DNA of 63,032 bases, counting the filler, from Neoconidiobolus thromboides FSU 785 (Eukaryota > Fungi > Entomophthoromycota): the NCBI GenBank assembly GCA_025603075.1. It is 8 parts of 8 records of this genome, joined end to end, with 100 filler letters (N's around TTAATTAATTAA, not from the genome) between each part and the next. Parts side by side here need not be neighbours in the genome. Positions count along the whole stretch, not along the records: positions 34,048 to 49,328 come from MU626598.1; positions 49,429 to 56,174 come from MU626720.1; 6 more parts are not named here. One strand, 5' to 3'. The position numbers were made by a program, and so were the translations under genes. Below, one piece after another: positions 37,927 through 49,523 of the stretch (position 1 is the stretch's first letter; every line of letters begins with the position of its first letter). A model generated the notes under the pieces. That model had not been told where the DNA came from. It did not search any database and saw nothing but the letters and a program-made list of their open reading frames with translations.

Positions 37927-38032
37927 ATATGGGGATGTATTTTTGTGTTTAAGAATTTTACTAACAGTTTTTTCGCTTAAACAACACTTAAAGAATGGAA
38001 AAAATAATGAAGTCAAAAAAATACTCCCATAT
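37927..38032 (-). mobile_element. Family-1 MITE copy
   Basis: ATAT|GGGGATG...TACTCCC|ATAT. Confidence 0.92.
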
Positions 38033-38246
38033 CATGTTTATGTTCTATATTACATAAAATAGTTGAAGTTAATATTTATACAATATAATAATCTTAGTAG
38101 TTTATAAGACAAAGTGGAGGTATTTTTTTACTTTAGTATTCAATTGTCGTATTTTCACAATTTATGTTACATGGGGTGAACATCAATCGAAACTGAAAAA
38201 GCATTCTTAAATATTAAATTGTTTTAATATTAATCTTATGACTATT

Positions 38247-38351
38247 GTTTGGAGATGTTTTTTTGACTTCATTACTTTTTCCATTTTTTTGTGCTATTTG
38301 AGTGGAAAAATTGTTAGTAAAACCCTTAAATATAAAAATACATGCCCATTT
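38247..38351 (+). mobile_element. Family-1 MITE copy
   Basis: GTTT|GGAGATG...CATGCCC|ATTT. Confidence 0.88.
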
Positions 38352-38893
38352 ATTAAATTGGTATACTATTAATTTAAAATTTAAACAAAGATTTCATTAG
38401 TTTTTTTAAATTTACCTTACTATAAAACTTTATAAACTTTTGAAGTTATTGATTTTTAGTATATGTCTAATTTAAAGTATAATTTTAATAGTCGTAATAG
38501 TTATAATAGCTAAAAATAGCTCTCTGCTTAATTTTATAGTAAATTCATTTGATTTTCGTTTAATTTGTTTTATGTGTAATATAATTTTCCATAAATTTAA
38601 ATTAGACAATTTGAACTCTTAGTTTTTAACTAACCCATATGTAAAGGAGAGGTACATCATTAGTCTTATCAGGTTCATAAAAAATGAGATAAATAAACAT
38701 TATTTATATCGTAATGATGGATTTTATAATTAAATAATATTGATAAAATTATTTGGCTAGAATTAATTCGATAAAATTAGCCTCATTTTGATATCTAGAT
38801 TATATTAATTTTATTCACAAAATCAATATTCATTAAGAAACAAGTTAAAACAATAGTTATAATAATATTACTGCATAATTACACAAGGAGTAA

Positions 38894-38964
38894 GTCATTG
38901 TAGTATAGTGGTAGTACACCGCGTTGTGGCCGCGATAGCGGGGGTTCGATTCCCCCCAATGACA
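38894..38964 (+). tRNA. tRNA-His(GTG)
   Basis: GTCATTG/CAATGAC acceptor stem, TT-GTG-GC anticodon loop, GGGGG-TTCGATT-CCCCC T arm, followed by a T-run. Confidence 0.92.
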
Positions 38965-39785
38965 TTTTTGGATTTAAAATTTTCGGTTATCTTTCTTTTA
39001 CTGTTATATAACTACACTATTAAATACTCATTTATTATGCTATAAAATAGTGTGTTCTAAACCATTAATTCAGTAAATAAATAATATTACATAATGAGTT
39101 TTATTGAACAAAAGTAATAGATTAAGAAATTTTAACCTTTAATGTTAAATTGATTTTAAATGTATTACATAGTACTAGTATAATACAATGTTAGTACAAT
39201 ACAGCAGTGTAAGCTAATATGCTTGCTTTGAAAATTTATTTTTATAGATTATCTGTATTTTACAACTTGATAAATATTAATATTTTAAGTAAGCTTAACC
39301 TATAATTTTCAAATTTAAAAGTATAATAACATTTAAAAAATTAATTTTTAGTCGAACCTACGTTGTTTGAATTGAAACTTAAGATATAGATAACGAGATC
39401 ATGACCTTATTTTTAATGATCTGCTCAATTATAATCTATTACTGCTATTACAATAGATCATTTTGATATAATAATGTTTGGGTTTTGTTTTTTATTATCA
39501 TGATGCTTATTAAACGTTGAGTGATTTAAAAAGGAATTTCAAAATAAAAATTGCTGATTGAGATAAAAACCTAAAAGTAGGAAAGCAATAACATGTCATG
39601 AAAGATCAAGTGTAAGATAATCAAAAAAATAAAAATAGCACAAAATAGCACAAAATATCATTTTTAAAAAACATAATAGGTAAAATATGGTATATAAAAG
39701 AAGTAAAAATAGATCGATTTAATATACATTTTAAATAATAAATTAAACTAATAATATAATATAATATAAAAATACAATATACAAT

Positions 39786-40625
39786 ATGATTAATACTAGA
39801 TCTTTACTTGTTCTCGTAATCCTTGGTTTATGGTTACCAGCCAGACCTGCTCCACTTAATAATTTACCAACAATACAACCAGAGACTGTGGAATCTAATA
39901 CAAACTCAACTATTCAATTGAGTAACGGAAAAGATGCCACTGTGGGATCAGTTAAAGATTTAACAGCTACATTAAATGCTAGTAAAGCAGATGAATCCAG
40001 TGAATTGACTAAAAACGAAGAGGTACACAAAGTAGAAAAAGATGGAAGCACTACCATTGAAAGTATTAAAAACAAAATCAATGGTGATAACTTAAATACT
40101 AACTTAGGTGAATTAGATGTTATAGATAAAACTAAAGCTAAAACTGAAATGTCACAATTAAACATGAATCCAAGCGCTTTGAGCTTAAATCCGATAGTGC
40201 CAACATCTAACAAGCCTTTACTCTCTAATACCCAAAGAGTGCCTATTACTTCCGATGCTAAGTTGAGTAGCAAGGGTGCAGAAAGTGAGCTTAATATAGA
40301 TTCTTATACTCCAAAGAACCCTATTGTTTATGATGATGAAAAAGACACTTACGGTGGATACGATAGTTACAATATTGATAGTTATGCTCCTAAAAAACCC
40401 AGTGCCTATAGTGATGAAAAGGATCCTTACAATAGATATGATAGCTACAATGCAGACGAATACAATGACAATGACGGTTATGATAGTTACAAATACGATA
40501 AAAATAGAGATGATGATTACGATTCAAGTTATGACTATAAACCTAAGTACAATAAAAGGAAAAACCGACACAATAGAAAATATAACTATAGTTATGGTTA
40601 TAAACATAATGAAGACTGTGATTAA
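39786..40625 (+). CDS. Secreted hypothetical protein with Tyr/Asp-rich repeated C-terminus
   Basis: Signal peptide MINTRSLLVLVILGLWLPA; 279-aa intronless ORF with duplicated NIDSYxPK...DEKDxY...YDSYN units. Confidence 0.8.
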   Translation: MINTRSLLVLVILGLWLPARPAPLNNLPTIQPETVESNTNSTIQLSNGKDATVGSVKDLTATLNASKADESSELTKNEEVHKVEKDGSTTIESIKNKINGDNLNTNLGELDVIDKTKAKTEMSQLNMNPSALSLNPIVPTSNKPLLSNTQRVPITSDAKLSSKGAESELNIDSYTPKNPIVYDDEKDTYGGYDSYNIDSYAPKKPSAYSDEKDPYNRYDSYNADEYNDNDGYDSYKYDKNRDDDYDSSYDYKPKYNKRKNRHNRKYNYSYGYKHNEDCD

Positions 40626-40684
40626 GTTAATAAAGTTATTTAATATTTTATTTGTGATTTTAGTTTTAATTTTTCTAAAAAAAA

Positions 40685-40757
40685 TGCTCCCTGTGGGGAT
40701 CGAACCCACGACCTTGAGATTATGAGACTCACGCGCTGCCAGCTGCGCCAAAGAAGC
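40685..40757 (-). tRNA. tRNA-Met(CAT), elongator type
   Basis: G1:C72 pair, TGAGT-CT-CAT-AA-TCTCA, GGTTCGAT T-loop. Confidence 0.93.
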
Positions 40758-41108
40758 TTAAAAAACTAAAGAGCAAAATTAATATAATGAGTCAAAATCT
40801 CTAATTATCCACACAGCCCTTTTAATGTAATCAATTAGAAAGGGGAGAGGGTTAGCATAATTCGAACCAATAAACAAGAATTAAAAGGTTCAAAGTTTGT
40901 CGTTATTGGGAATAAGATAAGTCAGCCAAACTTAAAAAATACAAATAAACCCCCCTTAAAGTTGAAAATTATGAAACCAAATTAAAGAGTATTACCAATT
41001 TTATAAAGGATGAAAACAATAAAAGGAATAAAAAGTAGTTAACTATTATTTCTTTATTTGCATTGCTAGCATAAATAAGTTCGAATTGTTATTTTTTTAA
41101 AAATTGAG

Positions 41109-43614
41109 ATGGAAAATGAATTAAGTGTTGAGAGTATAATCGTTAAACAGCCTACACTATTAGATGAAAATACGGCTCAATTAGTTTCAAATGTATCTAC
41201 TTGCACTAGACTATCGATAAGGGTCACCGCATTAATATCCGAAATTCTCATGGAAAGTGCAAAGTATTCTACATCAGTTTCGATTCAATTGAGTAGAAGG
41301 GTTATTATCAATGCTTTAGCTGCTGCCAGAAACTATCATCTTAGCCCAATCAATGGTAAGATCAAAGAAATATCCGATATTGAGTTTACTCGTTCCTTAG
41401 ATCACTTTACAGATCTCGGGATTTATATTGTTCATCAGTCTTTCACTTTAGTTGAATTGTTTGCTATGTCCTCCTTTCACTTTTTTTCCAATAGTTTTAA
41501 ATCTGGGTTATGGGTAAGCCTTAAATATCTATTTTTTATTTTATTTTAATGTTGTATAGTTAGCTGAAGAATCTGTAAGGGTCTTAGATGGGTTATTTGG
41601 TTCAACTGAAACTTCTAGAGCATTAGCATCTATTGTTATGTTGGTTAAACGAGAAATCTATGAAGACGATGAGTTTTTAGCTGGAAGACTTAAAAATACC
41701 AACTTAATTGCTGCCTTAACTAAGGCATTAACAGCTTTCGCTTGTCTTCAGAATATTACTACTTCGAAATCTGGAAGAGAATTGCAATTAGTTTGCTTAT
41801 TTCAAGGTCATGTTTCGCTAGCATCATTAATAAAAACAAATGATAAACCTAAATTGATTACTGCTTCACCTTCAGGTATGGTTAAATCTAATTCAGAATC
41901 CTGTAAAGATTTGCATGTCAAAAATGTAGATAAAATTGACAGTAAAGGGGCAACAAGTAAGTTGATTAACAATGTTATTAGGGAAAGAAGCAGAGCTAGG
42001 AGATCAAAGTCTTTTTCTTCTATTTCTCGAAAACTCCACTCTTTAAATACCAATGGATACTCTAGTGGAATGGTAGAACTTTTAGATCAATCCGAGAATA
42101 GCATTGATAAAAATATGCAAAATCAAGTTGGGGAAAAAGCGATAGTTGAATCAGGTTCAAGACCATTTGAAATGAGAAATAGTCATTTAGTTAACCCAAA
42201 TTTAAGAAATCTTGATAAATTAAATCGAAAAAACTCAAAGCTATTAAATAGTAAAGAAATTGAGAATAACGAACAGTTAAATAGTAATTCTAAACTATTT
42301 ATACCAAATCCAACAAACTTATTATCTTTAATTTATCGATTTATGCGATATTCATCGGCGGCCTATGGCTCTCATTTCATGAGGATTTTAGGTATTGGTA
42401 CTTGGGAAGAAAACGATTTCCAAAATTTGAATAACATTCATATAAATCATTATGCCTTTGCCAGACATACTTCAACTCCGTTAGAATCAATTTTGTTCTC
42501 ATCCTATTCTTCAGTGTCTTCTACCTTTAACTCAAGCCATGGTCATCTATTAAGTCCAGCCAAATTACATCCTTTAGTTCATTACGTTGCTGTAGATCAT
42601 GCTGTCAATGCGATTGTATTAACTTGCAGAGGGACTTTAGGTATTTCAGACGCATTAACTGACCTTACTTGCGATTATATGCCTATTAAACTGGGGGGTA
42701 ATATTTACAAAGCACATTCAGGTATGTTAAATTCCGCTCTCGCATTAGCATCTGAAAAATCAGAAGTACACTCCATCATTGCTAAAGCTTTGACCCAATA
42801 TCCAGGTTATGGATTGGTTTTATGTGGGCATTCTTTAGGTGGCGGAGTTGTCTCTTTATTATCAGCTTTATGGGGTGAAAAAACTGAAAGCGAAAATGGA
42901 GAAACATTGTTTGTAACCTCTAAAGCTTCGCAACTTCCAAATGGAAGATTCATGCATTGTTTTACTTACGGGGTTCCACCAGCTTTGACCTTAGATGGGG
43001 CTAATTATTGTAATGGCTTGGTCACTTCCTTAATAAATCAAGATGATATTGTAGCTTGTCTTTCATTAGGGATACTAAGAGATTTCAAGAATATCACTAC
43101 TAGTTTGATGAATGAGGAAGGACTACCTCAACTTATCCTTCAACGTATATTAGGACTTAATGGTAAGCTATTAACTAATAGCCAAAGTCAACTATCTGTA
43201 GATGAAAGTGAACACCTGGGTGGGGAACAATTGGAAAATTGGTTTTGGTCTTTAATCAAAACAATGCGTGCTGATATGCAATCAGAAAAACTGTATCCAC
43301 CAGGTGAAGTATATATCATTAACTATCAAACTGTGGCAGCTGAGTCTAGTATCCTTCATAATCCATTTATCCATTATCAAAAAAATAATCCGGTACGATC
43401 TAATTCTACACCAAGTGGGTATTCTTTTTCCGAATCTAATAGTGGATCTTCTACTCCCATCTCTTGCCTTAAAGTTACTTTATCTAAATGTACGGATGTT
43501 AAAACTCGATTCTCTGAAATTACCTTCTCCAAATCTATGTTTGCAGATCATTCGCCTAGATCTTATGAAGATAACTTAGACGCCTTGAATAAGGCACTCA
43601 CATCGCATTCCTAA
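41109..43614 (+). CDS. Lipase class 3 (DAG-lipase-like), 2 exons
   Basis: Intron 41514-41559. Motifs AEESVRVLDGLFGSTETSRALASI, HYVAVDH...VLTCRGTLGISD, HSGML, GHSLGGG, QDDIV..LS, YPPG, H of MFADH. Confidence 0.92.
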
Positions 43615-44018
43615 TAATGCTTCCGTTATTTTTTGTATAAACTATTAGTTTTGGTTGAATTTTTTATTTACAGTTTATACTTATTATTATTTGTTAAGTC
43701 TTGTCGTTACTTTGGACATGCTTTATACCAGGTCGTTCGAAGTGTTCCAGTACAAGTTCATGTACATAAAAAACCATCAATTTTTGATCGTAGCAGTGAA
43801 TCTTTCTTAACAGCAAAAACGAGAATGTTTTAGTGTAAATTCTTTAATAGTGCTATAACTAATGGTTGACGAGTTTTTAATATGGATAAATTTGTACTGG
43901 AACACTTCAAATAAACCTAATACAATATTAATTTTAAAAATTAGCATAAATATTAAAAAAACCTTTGTACTTAACGAATATTTATGTTTATTTAAACGAT
44001 GTGAAGTAATAAAAAGGA

Positions 44019-44101
44019 TCTCACCTCCCGGGATCGAACCAGGGACCGATGGATTGCTATTCATTTACAGTCCATCGCTCTTCCAACTGAGCTAAGGTGA
44101 G
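44019..44101 (-). tRNA. tRNA-Tyr(GTA) with 10-nt intron
   Basis: CTCACCT/AGGTGAG acceptor stem, ATGGA-CT-GTA-A[ATGAATAGCA]A-TCCAT. Confidence 0.93.
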
Positions 44102-44427
44102 AAGCTCTTGACAATTAGAAATTTTAATTAATTTTAAATTAATTTTTATATACTAGATAGCTATAAAAATGCTAAATTTAAAATTTATAGCTGTTATGCT
44201 TCATATGTAAAATACTATTCAAAGTAAAATACTATTCAAAGTAGCTAAAATCTATTTTATGATTAATATTTTAGTTTTATGATTAAAAGATATTTATTTT
44301 TATATTCTACTTTTGTTCTACAATTAATTGGACTTCCAAATATTTATCATATTGGTCACAATTTGACCAATAATCCAACTATTTAGTCAGAGAAGCTTAA
44401 AAAAATAATTCAGCTTTTTTTAATAAA

Positions 44428-46829
44428 ATGTCAGGAAATCAACAATTATGCAGATATTTTCCTCAAGGGAAATGTCATAAAGGAAACTCATGTCCTTTTT
44501 CTCATGGTGTGTATTAATAGTTTATTTTATAACAAATGATTGAAATTTTATAGCTTTAACTCAAACAAACGGACCGCCGCCAAAACCAGCTACTTGGGAA
44601 GCTTTAAGGTAATCCATAATTATCCAATGCTTTAAACTTTTGTCTTAATATTTAGTGTTCAATCAATAAAAGATGACTTTGCAAATTTTCTTGGTTATGG
44701 ATTGACTAGTTATGGGCCTGTGATGGAACAACAAAATGTTGTTGTTGGGAACGATTTTAGCCCAGAGAAGTTGAAAATGTTATGTTTGGAAGAATTCTAT
44801 ACTACTGGGAAAATCGATGAATTTGTAAATTTATTTCAGCTTATTTTTTGATTAGTATTAATATTTTATTTAGAATCGAGGTTATAATTCACTAATGAGT
44901 GGAGCTTTTCAATTAGTTAATAATGCCCAAAATATGGACCCAAATTTTATTATTCAAAAGTTACACAATGAAAAAATACAGCACGAAGCTATCGCTCAAA
45001 ATTTATATGATATTGCTCCCAATGAAAAGCAAAAAGCCAAAGAAATGCTAAAGAATTTGAAACCAAACTTTGGTGCTACAATAGCGCAACAACAGGGGCA
45101 ATTTTTTAATTCGATTTCAGATCCTTTACAAAAAAGAGAAATGGATCCCAGAGCAGCTCCAATAAAAACAGATAAATTATTCGGGAGTGGATCAAAGTTT
45201 GCGAATGAAGAAATGCTAACCTTTGCTTCCTTCGCACCCGCTTCTAAAGATGCTGTACCAGCTTATGCATTACCAGCTCAAAATGGAGGCCAAAATGCAG
45301 GTTTCAATTCTTTTTCAAATCCTTCCCAACCTATGGGGGGTTTCCCTGGCTCAAATCCAGTTCAGTCTTTTGGTTTTGGTCAACCTCAACGAGTTGGGTT
45401 GGACCAATTAGCTGCTCAGAATCCAAACACCACAGCAAATCAATTCAACTCCCCTGCAAATACTACATTGAACCAGTTTAACTCTTCTGGCAATGCTGGA
45501 TTGAATCAATTTAATTCTACTCCAAATACTGGAGTAAATCAATTTAATTCTCTTGGAAATAATGCATTGAATCAAGCTAAACCACCTGTTGAAGAGTTTA
45601 GTTTCCTTACTCCCAGCAAGCCAACAGCTAATAGTAACTCTAATAGCAATGGTTCCTCTAGTTTTTCATTTTTGAATCCATCATCAGTTAGTTCTAGCGA
45701 AGTACCACAGAGCTTTGGTTTTACTATGAACAACCAGATTAAGCCCACTGCTAACGGTACGCCCAAACAAATCAACAGTAGCAGTGGATTTGACCAGCAA
45801 GTAACTCCTGGTTTTGATATGGCTAAAAAAGAAGAAAGTAAGGTTGTACCCCAAACTGATAACAAACCTACTCCACTTGCAACTGAAAGCACAAAAATCG
45901 ATCAAGATCAAAATGTAGAAAATAAAAATGATACTAAACCATTCAGTTTTGGGTCATTTGGTACTGCTTTGCCTAAAGTGCCTACATCTGAAACAGCTAA
46001 GCAAGAAGTCAAAGAAAACAACCAAAATAAAGAAAGTTCAAGTATTGAAGCTAAACCATTTAGCTTTGGATCACTCAATGCTACCTTGCCTAAAGCCTCT
46101 ACACCTGATACAAGTAATAAAGAAACTAAAGAAAATTCAAATAGTGCAGCTGTGCCGTTGAATTTTAGCTCCTTCGGTCCTGCTTCAACTAAAGTGTCTT
46201 CATCTGGTAAAAGCAGACAACATGGTAAAGCAGCTATTAATAAGGCTCAACCGTTGGGTAATAAAAGTGAAGATTTATTCAAAAATGATAAAACTCCATC
46301 GCTTCCTAAGGAATTTCAAACTAAAACTGACTTATTCTCAGGTAAAAATATATTTTCTAAAGGGAACAATGCAATAAGTGAAGATATATTTGGTAAAGAA
46401 AGTCAATCATTAAAGATACCAAAAGCAACACTCGGTGCCAAAGAAAGACAACTTATTAAAGAATTCGATTCGTTTTATAATTATGAAAAGGAACTGGCGA
46501 ATATGTCTTTAGAAGATATTACCAAACAATTAGATGATTTAATCTTTAATCAAAATTATACATCAAGTTCAGAGCCAGAAACAGCAGAAAGTATTTCAAC
46601 ACCAATACCATTTGAAGCAACCCCGAGTAAAAATCCAGACTATAAAAAGTTACCCCCATTACTAAAAAATAGAGAATATTTAAACCCATCACTTCTTGCC
46701 TCTCCTTCAAGTTATACACGTAGAGAAGCATTATATGATTGGGAAGTTGAAGCTTTCCAATGTGAAGAATTTGAAAAAGGAAAAATCCCTATCCATCCAC
46801 CTTCTATTGATTTTTTAATTATGAAATAG
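44428..46829 (+). CDS. NUP42: Nup42/Amo1/NUPL2-like nucleoporin (CCCH finger, FG repeats, Gle1-binding tail), 4 exons
   Basis: Exon 1 CRYFPQGKCHKGNSCPFSH; LTSYGP...GNDFSPEKLK; FSFG repeats; C-terminal EVEAFQCEEFEKGKIPIHPP. Confidence 0.85.
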
Positions 46830-47102
46830 ATTAATTTAACTGTAGGCATTTTAATCATTATACTGTTTATTATTATTTATTGTTTTTTATAACTGTTTTA
46901 ATTTTACTAATATTTGATAACCATTGGTTTAATTAAGTTTTATTTTTATTGATAATATTATAAGTTAGGTTGTTTAGTATAGAAATAAAATAGATAAGTG
47001 AGGGGTGGAAGAACTAAAAACAAAACCAAATTGTAAGTATTTTTGGGCATAAAAAATCAATTGTAATGACTGTTATAAAAACAAAAGAAGATTCATTTGC
47101 AC

Positions 47103-47936
47103 CTATTTTCCATTTGATTTTTCCATAGCTTTTTCATACCGCTCAACATCACTTCGAACTTGAGAAAGAATAGCTGAGCTTAATAAAACAAAAAAATTTA
47201 ACAGTATAAATACAAACAATGTGGTATAAATATCTACATAAATTGAACTTGATAACTTAGTTAAATATATGAGGCACCCTGAAGACCCATTATTTGTATG
47301 ACATTGTTTCATTGGCACTATATTATCTGTTGAATTGCTTAATCCACAGCATTTACCCTAAAAAACATTAGTATTTGATATAATTAATTTTGATTATAGT
47401 AATAAAGCATACTTTGTATTGTACAATAGCTCTTTCTTCAACACTCCATTGGCGCCATTTGTTCGTAAAATGCGCTTGTGGTGTCATAGTCAACATCCAT
47501 ATACATAGCCCAAGTACTAACTCATATATAATGGCTATCAGTAGGCTCCAGCCTAACAGAGTTACCAGATTTTTATATTTAATTGGTCGCCATGCTCCAA
47601 CTACGCCAAATAGTGAAGTAAGTAATATAAATAGGCCAAGGACAAGAAGAGCTATAAAAAATAAATAAGTAAAAAGCTATGTAATTAATATGGTGTAGGA
47701 ATAGTATGATAACAATATAACTAAATGTATATGATAATGGAAAAGTTATAATATATAATATAGTAAATAATAATAAATAGCTTACCTGCTGAAATATCTT
47801 TGGTGACAATTAATGGATGAATATAGTCATTAATAGTCAAATAATAAATGGCTAAACCAAGTAAAGAAACACCAGTTAGGAAGTAAATTAGGATACCAAT
47901 TATAAACGAAATGATAACTGGTTTATCAATCTCCAT
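47103..47936 (-). CDS. PLS1: Fungal tetraspanin (Pls1-like), 3 exons
   Basis: Spliced: four TM helices, large loop with QYKGKCCG...C...GC, C-terminal RSDVERYEKAMEK. Confidence 0.8.
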
Positions 47937-48506
47937 TTAATAAAAGAAAGTGGAATAGGAAAAGAAAGCAAATGAAAAAGAGATAGAAAGTAAAAAATAT
48001 AAAATATTAATGAATTAAAAGAATGATCCCAGATTTTGAGATTTAATTAATTTCCGAGTTTACTGTTCAATAGTAATTTCAATTTTAAAGCGTAAAATTA
48101 GTTACTTGAGTTGTTTGACACTCTTTTTTTAAAAATTTTAGTTTCTCTTTGATCAACGATTGAGTTGGCCTTTTTGATAATTGTCCTTAAATTTAAATTA
48201 CCGTTGAAATTCAGCTTTTAGTAAAAATTTAGTTTAAAACTTTAAACTTTATTTACTGTATAAAGAGAATAATATCTATAAAATGATAAATAATATCATT
48301 ACTATTTGCTATGCTAATTAATTAAAAACGGATTTGATCAATAACTTAAAATATTAGAAATAGTTTAATAAGTACCAAAACTATATTATAATACAAAAAT
48401 AAAATTTATACTGTCAAGTTGATAAGACTAATACGTTAATTGTTGAAAATATGTAGTGTTAAAATATTAATAAGCAATTTTATTTATACTTTAAGATGGT
48501 CCCCAT

Positions 48507-49328
48507 TTAGGGGCTAAAGAAAGAACTTTGTTGAAGGTTATTAAAACCTTGGCCGTTACCATTAAAAGAAGGGCTAATTTGATTAGGTATATTGGTACCA
48601 CCTTGTTGAAACTTATTAAAAGAGGGACTGTTGAAAAACTGATTCATATCTGGAATATTCCGTTGACCACTTTGACCAAAATTTGGACTATTTGGTCTAA
48701 AATTTGGCACCGATGGTCTGCCCATATTATTTGAAATTGAATCAAATATCGGTTTAAAAGATCCAAAATCATTTCCTGGTGGAGTAATAGGACTAGGTCT
48801 GGATTGTCCTTGGGGTTGCTGCTGAGGAATTTGCTCGGGTTGAGGCTGTCCATGAGGAATTTTTTCCGGTTGAAGTTGTCCTTGAGGCTGCTGTGGTGGG
48901 ACTTGTTGTGGTTGAGATTGTCCTTGAGACTGCTGTGGTGGAATTTGCTCAGGTTGGGACTGTCCCTGAGGTTGTCCTTGAGGTGTTTGTTCTGGTTGAG
49001 ATTGACTTTGAGGTTGTTGAGGATTATTATCTCCACCTTCATCAGCCTCACTACCAAACCACATAGTAGCAAAATCCCCTTTTTGACCACCACCAACGGC
49101 AGACCATTTCATACTTTGCCATATACCAGTACTCAAAATAACTGCACGATGAGCCTCACTACCTAACCATCCTTGAATCATTCCTTTAGCACCACCACCT
49201 ACATTTCCTTTTAATGAAATTTCGTATCCTTTTCCATTATATCCACCAACCGATTTGGCTTTAGACCACATACAATCTGGATTATTGTTAAAATCACAGG
49301 CTAATGGTCCAAACCATGAATGAATATC
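48507..49328 (-). CDS. CAP/SCP-like domain protein with Gln/Pro-rich repeat tail, 5' truncated
   Basis: The frame stays open to the contig edge: DIHSWFGPLACDFNNNPDCMWSKAK...GKGYEIS...GWLGSEAHRAVILSTGIWQSMKWSAVGGG...ATMWFGSEAD, then QQPQGQSQPEQIP repeats. Confidence 0.8.
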   Translation of the reverse strand, partial: DIHSWFGPLACDFNNNPDCMWSKAKSVGGYNGKGYEISLKGNVGGGAKGMIQGWLGSEAHRAVILSTGIWQSMKWSAVGGGQKGDFATMWFGSEADEGGDNNPQQPQSQSQPEQTPQGQPQGQSQPEQIPPQQSQGQSQPQQVPPQQPQGQLQPEKIPHGQPQPEQIPQQQPQGQSRPSPITPPGNDFGSFKPIFDSISNNMGRPSVPNFRPNSPNFGQSGQRNIPDMNQFFNSPSFNKFQQGGTNIPNQISPSFNGNGQGFNNLQQSSFFSP

Positions 49329-49428
49329 NNNNNNNNNNNNNNNNNNNNNNNNNNNNNNNNNNNNNNNNNNNNTTAATTAATTAANNNNNNNNNNNNNNNN
49401 NNNNNNNNNNNNNNNNNNNNNNNNNNNN
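49329..49428. other. Artificial contig spacer
   Basis: N44-TTAATTAATTAA-N44. Confidence 0.99.
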
Positions 49429-49523
49429 TATACCTTTTGAGCTATTACTTTCGAAGGTATAAGGATATACTTAATAACATGAACAAATGTTGTTCTTTAT
49501 TAATATGAGTTAATTATTTAATA
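49429..49523 (+). repeat. 95-bp terminal inverted repeat, left arm
   Basis: Exact reverse complement of 56080-56174. Confidence 0.95.

Noticed and set aside
38894-38964. C:A mismatch at the top of the tRNA-His anticodon stem, as a pseudogene sign
   Set aside because: A single 27:43 mismatch is tolerated, and the A box, B box and terminator are intact.
39914-40751. ORFs 39914-40273, 40324-40725 and 40524-40751
   Set aside because: Shadows of the secreted protein. The last two run into the tRNA-Met gene.
43807-44095. Two small ORFs
   Set aside because: They overlap tRNA-Tyr and AT-rich UTR, with no protein features.
45223-46731. Short ORFs inside the nucleoporin
   Set aside because: Shadows of low-complexity coding DNA.
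48528-49166. ORFs overlapping the CAP gene
   Set aside because: Shadows of the Gln/Pro repeats.
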